From Candidatus Bathyarchaeota archaeon (GTDB lineage Archaea; Thermoproteota; Bathyarchaeia; 40CM-2-53-6): a stretch of DNA of 64,000 nt. The DNA is taken from positions 1,824,001-1,888,000 of the forward strand of contig CAVSBL010000002.1 of assembly GCA_963726255.1 (NCBI GenBank). The letters are read 5' to 3'. Of this stretch, positions 59,220 through 64,000 are shown in pieces (the stretch's first letter is position 1; the number at the start of each line of letters is the position of its first letter). A program made the position numbers and the translations under genes. The notes under the pieces are model-generated. The model saw only the letters and a program-made list of their open reading frames with translations, had not been told where the DNA came from and did not search any database.

Positions 59220-61130
59220 TTGTCGGCGGTCAAGAGTTCTAAGATCGTAGTCCCCCTTGAATTGAAGCACATGCTCTCGCGAGCTTTGGATGACCCAGAA
59301 AGTTTCTGGGGGGAAATTGCATCAGAGCTGCATTGGTTTCAACGTTGGGACAAGGCTTTCGAATGGAATTACCCAAAATTTTCATGGTTCAACGGCGGCC
59401 TCACGAACCTCGCTTACAACTGCCTGGAACGAAACATTGAACGAGGTAAGGCCAACAACCCCGCAATAATATGGGAGAACGGGGAAGGTCTTCCGAGACG
59501 AGTCTTCACTTATAGTGAACTTCTCTTGGAGGTGAAGAGGTTTGCTGCAGCCCTCAAATCCCTTGGCGTGAAACGCGGCGACCGGGTCACAATCTACATG
59601 CCGATGGTACCCGAGGCAGCCATAGCAATGCTGGCCTGTACACGAATCGGCGCGATTCACTCCGTCGTTTTCGGAGGGTTTGGGTACGGAGCGTTGGCGG
59701 ATAGGATTGAGGATGCGGAATCGCGACTCGTCGTGACTGCAGACGTAGCTTACAGGAGAGGGGGCCTTGTGAACCTCAAGGAAGTTGTCGACGAAGCGCT
59801 GAAAACCGGTAAAAGTAAAGTGGAAAGGGTCGTCGTGTTGAAGCGCGGCGACAAAGTTCCCCCGATGACGGCGGGAAGAGACCTGTTCTGGGATGAGGCA
59901 CTCGAGAAAGGCCGAGAAGCTAACGCTGATGTCGAAAGGATGCGCGCGGATGAGCCGGCGTTCATTCTTCACACATCGGGAACCATGGCCAAACCTAAGG
60001 GCACGGTTCAGCCCCATGGAAGCTACCAAGTCTACATTTACGCGATGGGCAAATGGGTCTACGATATGCGCGAGAGCGAAGTCTGGTGGTCCACCTCAGA
60101 CGTAGGTTGGATTGTCGGCCACAGCTACGTAGTCTACGCACCCCTCCTCTTCGGCTGCACCACGATAATGTACGAAGGGCTTCCAGACCATCCCACGCCA
60201 GACGTTTGGTGGCAGATTCTTGAAAGGAATAAAGTAAGCAAGCTCTGGATCTCGCCCACGGGCGTACGCGCCTTAATGAAATATGGCGACGAGTACCCGA
60301 AGAAGCACGACCTCAGTTCGCTGAAGCTTGTTGTCTGCGCGGGTGAGGTCTTGAACCCACCGGCGTGGGAATGGCTCCAGAAGAAAGTTCTCCGAGACAA
60401 AGTTCCCGTAGTCGATCACATGTGGCAAACTGAAACAAGCGGCCCCATAGTCGGCAGCCCAATCGGAATATCACCCTTGCCGATCAAGCCGGGTTCCGCA
60501 ACCATCCCCCTCCCTGGAGTCGACGCGGACATTGTTGACGAAGAGGGGAAACCTGTGCCCGTGGGTGTTGAGGGAACTTTTGTCATAAGGAAGCCGTTTC
60601 CGGGTTTGACGCCGACACTCTGGCGCGACCACGAGCGGTACGTTGAGAGCTACTGGAACAGGTTCCCAGGCGTCTACACAACCGGCGACGCAGCCCTGAA
60701 GGACGAGGACGGCTACATCTGGTTCCTCGGCAGGGTCGATGAAGTAATCAAGATCTCAGCGCACAGAATCGGCACCATCGAGATTGAAAGTGCTTTACTC
60801 CAACACCAAGCCGTCGCGGAAGCGGCGGTTGTCGGCCGCCCAGACGAACTGAGGGGCGAAACAGCGTGCGCGTTTGTTGTCTTGAAAGGCGGAGTGGAGG
60901 CGACGGACGGCCTGAAGCAGATGTTGAGGGAGTCTGTCAGAAAGACGATGGGCCCAATCGTGATCATAAGCGACATACATTTCGTGAGCAAACTACCCAA
61001 GACGAGAAGTGGCAAGATAATGCGGAGGCTCATTAGGTCGATATTGATGGACAAGCCCCTAGGGGACTTTTCGACGATTGAGGATGACAGCGCAATAGAA
61101 GAGCTGACGCGAGCGGTACACCGATCGTAA
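59220..61130 (+). CDS. acs: Acetate--CoA ligase (AMP-forming)
   Basis: HTSGTMAKPKG, DVGWIVGHSY, DHMWQTETSG, LPKTRSGKIMRR. Confidence 0.93.
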   Translation: MSAVKSSKIVVPLELKHMLSRALDDPESFWGEIASELHWFQRWDKAFEWNYPKFSWFNGGLTNLAYNCLERNIERGKANNPAIIWENGEGLPRRVFTYSELLLEVKRFAAALKSLGVKRGDRVTIYMPMVPEAAIAMLACTRIGAIHSVVFGGFGYGALADRIEDAESRLVVTADVAYRRGGLVNLKEVVDEALKTGKSKVERVVVLKRGDKVPPMTAGRDLFWDEALEKGREANADVERMRADEPAFILHTSGTMAKPKGTVQPHGSYQVYIYAMGKWVYDMRESEVWWSTSDVGWIVGHSYVVYAPLLFGCTTIMYEGLPDHPTPDVWWQILERNKVSKLWISPTGVRALMKYGDEYPKKHDLSSLKLVVCAGEVLNPPAWEWLQKKVLRDKVPVVDHMWQTETSGPIVGSPIGISPLPIKPGSATIPLPGVDADIVDEEGKPVPVGVEGTFVIRKPFPGLTPTLWRDHERYVESYWNRFPGVYTTGDAALKDEDGYIWFLGRVDEVIKISAHRIGTIEIESALLQHQAVAEAAVVGRPDELRGETACAFVVLKGGVEATDGLKQMLRESVRKTMGPIVIISDIHFVSKLPKTRSGKIMRRLIRSILMDKPLGDFSTIEDDSAIEELTRAVHRS

Positions 61131-61157
61131 GAATGCCAGACGCACACTTCGTAGGCG

Positions 61158-62262
61158 TCAAACCAACGTTGCTGTCGATACTGAATAGATTGGCGGCAAC
61201 CATTGAGCCATCAACCGCCAAGTCTTACCCTCATCGGCGCTGTGGAACAGGTGCCCCATGCGGGTGCCAACATACACGCCCGCTGGGTCCAGCTGGTCCG
61301 TTGCCATGCCTTCCCGGTAGCAGCCAACGTACGCGTTCTGACTCGGCAACCCTTTAACACGTTTCTTCCATGACCTACCAGCGTTCCCGGTTTCGTATAC
61401 TGCGAATTCCTTGTTAGCGACCACGCGGAAGAAATCCCCCTGCTCCGGGACAACGTAGAACCTCTCCGAATCGTGGGGGTGTACCGCCAAAGGAAAACCG
61501 AAACCGCTTGGCAGGCCTGCTGAGATTTCAACCCAACTCTCTGCGCCGTCCTCCGAACGGTAGACGCCGCAATGGTTCTGCTGGTACAAGTTGTTGGGTT
61601 TCTTCGGGTCCATGACGAGCTTGTGCACACACTGCCCGAATTCAGGATATTTTTCGGGCGCGTCAGTCTGCGCGAACATTCCTGTTCTTCACGCCCCAAG
61701 CTTGACCCGCGTCTTCGGATTTGAAGACACCAACCGCTGAAATCCCAACGTACATTCGGTTCTTATGGGAAGGATCGAGAACAATTGAGTGGAGGCATAG
61801 GCCCCCAGCGCCCGGCTGCCATTGCGGGCGCGTGGGATGGTTGTTCAAATTTTCGTTCAATTGCCAATTGTCGCCCCCGTCATCGCTGCGAAACAGGGCG
61901 GCAGGTGCAGTGCCAGCGTAAACGACACCAGGTTCATCAGCAAGGCCTGGCTCCACATGCCAGACATTTTCAACTTTCATTTCAGAGCCTTCAGCGAACC
62001 GAGGCGGAGTCGTCGCGTTCTGCCATGTCTTACCCATATCCATGCTACTCTGCACAGTCGGGCCGAAATGGCCGCTGTTGACCGCCGCGTAAATCGTCTT
62101 TCCATCACGTTTGTCGAAAGCCATGTGGAAGACTGGTGAACTCTCAAAGAACGGACCCTTCATCTTCCATGTCCGCCTGCGAGAATCCGAATGAAGAATG
62201 AATGCGCCTTTCCTAGTTCCTAGGAGAACATACACAGCTGCTTTGCCTTTCTTGCGTGCCAT
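61158..62262 (-). pseudogene. BNR/Asp-box beta-propeller (sialidase-like) protein with a +1 frameshift at ~61664
   Basis: Asp-boxes SMDMGKTW, SDDGGDNW, SEDAGQAW, SEDGAESW, SADEGKTW; removing one base in gactgacgcg joins NVRAD to APEKYPEFGQCVH. Confidence 0.8.
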
Positions 62263-62271
62263 TGTAATCCA

Positions 62272-62559
62272 TCAACCGCCAGCTACGGCTGGTATAATAT
62301 GCACCCGATCTCCATCTTTGAGCTTTGTCCCCAAACCTTCCCCTGAACGAATGTCGTGCTCATTCACGAATATGTTCACGTACCTTCGGAGCTCTTCGCC
62401 CTCGTCCAAGATGAAAGCTCTCAAGCCAGGAAAGAGATGGTCGAGTTTCACGAGCAGCTCCTCAACGGTGGAAGCGTCTACACCCACCTCTGACCTGTTT
62501 TGAGTATACTGACGGAGGGCGTGTGGAATGTTTATGGTAACCTGCAACGGAACCCGCAA
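62272..62559 (-). CDS. MoaD/ThiS/SAMP ubiquitin-like protein
   Basis: YVNIFVN, DGDRVHIIPAVAGG with a C-terminal GG. Confidence 0.92.
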   Translation of the reverse strand: MRVPLQVTINIPHALRQYTQNRSEVGVDASTVEELLVKLDHLFPGLRAFILDEGEELRRYVNIFVNEHDIRSGEGLGTKLKDGDRVHIIPAVAGG

Positions 62560-62796
62560 CGTGCTCAGACAGCTGAGAGTAATTAAATTTCAGTAGTATG
62601 CGAACTGATCCGCATCTGGAGGGTGCTATGCTTTTTGCATTTCTTCTGGGTTGACGGGGTTCGGTGGCATTTCACCATTAAGGCCGGCAATTAGGTTGTC
62701 CACGGCCATATATCGCCAAATAGGGGAATGTCATTTCTTAAATACGACCCTGCCAAGGAATCCGGTTAAGGTGTCTTGCCAGGTTTTGATTGATCA

Positions 62797-63729
62797 ATGA
62801 TGGAAAGGAAGAGTCCAAACAAACCGTACAGCCATCCCGAAGTCCTGGTCGAGACTGACTGGGTCATCCAACATCTGAAAGATGATACAGTTCGTATCGC
62901 CGAAGTCGACTACGACCCGGCCGCGAACTACGATCTCGGCCACATACCGGGCGCAGTACTCTTCGATTGGAAGAGAGACATGAGCGACCCTGTAGCCCGA
63001 GACATACTAACCAAACAGCAATTAGAAGACTTACTGTCGCAATCCGGTGTCACAGAGGATACGCTCCTAGTTCTCTATGGGGATTTCGACAACTGGTTCG
63101 CAGCCTTCGCCTTCTGGATTCTGAAATACTACGGGGTCGAGAAGAAAGTTGTTTTGATGGACGGTGGCCGGAAAAAATGGCTCGCAGAAGGCAAAGAAGT
63201 GACTAGGGAAGTGCCTTCCGTTGCGAAAACCAGCTTCAAGGCGAAGTCACCGAATGAAAATATCCGAGCATACCTTGATTACGTGAAGAGGTCGCTGAAT
63301 AAATCCAAGAAAGTCTTCGTAGATGTCAGGAACCCAGAGGAATTCACGGGCGAGATGACGGCAGCACCCGAATACCCCAATGAACATGTCCAGCGCGGAG
63401 GCCACATTCCTGGCGCAGTAAACGTACCCTGGTCGCAAGCCATTAAGGAAGATGGAACGTTCAAGTCCGCACAAGAACTACACAAATTGTATCAGGACAG
63501 AGGCGTCACCGCTGACAAAGAAGTGATCACATACTGCAGAATCGGCGAGAGGGCATCATTCACCTGGTTCGTGCTGAAATATCTCCTAGGCTATCCAAAC
63601 GTGAAAAACTACGACGGGTCATGGACAGAATGGGGCAACACGATGCGCACCCCAATTGAGAAAACCTATCGACCACCGAGTAAACCGAGTGTGTCCCGCG
63701 TAGATGCCTCATTACAAGGGCGCTTGTAA
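62797..63729 (+). CDS. Thiosulfate/3-mercaptopyruvate sulfurtransferase (tandem rhodanese)
   Basis: GHIPGA twice, active-site YCRIGER, YDGSWTEW. Confidence 0.93.
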   Translation: MMERKSPNKPYSHPEVLVETDWVIQHLKDDTVRIAEVDYDPAANYDLGHIPGAVLFDWKRDMSDPVARDILTKQQLEDLLSQSGVTEDTLLVLYGDFDNWFAAFAFWILKYYGVEKKVVLMDGGRKKWLAEGKEVTREVPSVAKTSFKAKSPNENIRAYLDYVKRSLNKSKKVFVDVRNPEEFTGEMTAAPEYPNEHVQRGGHIPGAVNVPWSQAIKEDGTFKSAQELHKLYQDRGVTADKEVITYCRIGERASFTWFVLKYLLGYPNVKNYDGSWTEWGNTMRTPIEKTYRPPSKPSVSRVDASLQGRL

Positions 63730-63928
63730 CCCCCTAGCGTTGCAACTTTCTGCCTATGACACGAGTCCCGTGCACTGACAGTATTACCACTGGAGCACTC
63801 AGTCACAGAAATCCTTGGGGTTCACTGGGAGCTTCGCAAGCAGCCGCCAGATATTGTTCCCCGGGTCTTAACGTTCCTAGAGGTTATCTTAGAGGGCGTA
63901 GATTATTTGCTGAAGAGTTTGAACAGAA

Positions 63929-64000
63929 ATGTCGCGTTGGAACCTAGTCCTCAGTGGTTATCCTGGTTCTGGAAAGACAGTGCTAGCGCGCCGACTGACC
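63929..64000 (+). CDS. P-loop kinase/ATP-binding protein, N-terminus only (runs off the window)
   Basis: MSRWNLVLSGYPGSGKTVLARRLT Walker A; too short for the ORF track. Confidence 0.75.
   Translation, partial: MSRWNLVLSGYPGSGKTVLARRLT

Noticed and set aside
59382-60029. Long antisense ORFs such as this one, 26687-27268 and 11082-11624
   Set aside because: They are shadows on the opposite strand of well-supported genes.

Overview
Archaeal chromosomal window. Gene content (Sec61beta, ZPR1, SAMP/MoaD, CFI-box-CTERM protein, many peptidases, TTG/GTG starts) looks TACK-like, most plausibly Bathyarchaeia; this is inference. It carries a Dpp/Opp peptide ABC operon with S9, M24 and M20 peptidases, an aminotransferase-epimerase-aldolase operon, gcvPA/PB, an ArsR-type wHTH/msrB/molybdopterin-oxidoreductase cluster, a P-type ATPase, purine-catabolism-like genes, two large surface proteins, acs, and a MoaD/BNR-repeat/rhodanese locus. 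The most striking unexplained structure is at 13.85-18.5 kb. There, one- or two-gene units are separated by nine copies of an imperfect inverted-repeat site, consensus GTGTGTGCGCA-CCAnnn-GACCCACACAC, and a tenth copy lies at 25.27 kb. In three copies the left arm is replaced by a degenerate tRNA 3' end (T-loop...CTCGCA-CCA). This looks like an integron-like array of small gene cassettes mobilised in trans by a tRNA-targeting tyrosine recombinase, but no recombinase is in the window. Also seen: a candidate 20-bp operator in three copies, a heme-ligand-less COX1-like fragment, Tyr-rich proteins, a decayed island at 51.5-53.4 kb, and several single-base frameshifts that may be assembly errors.
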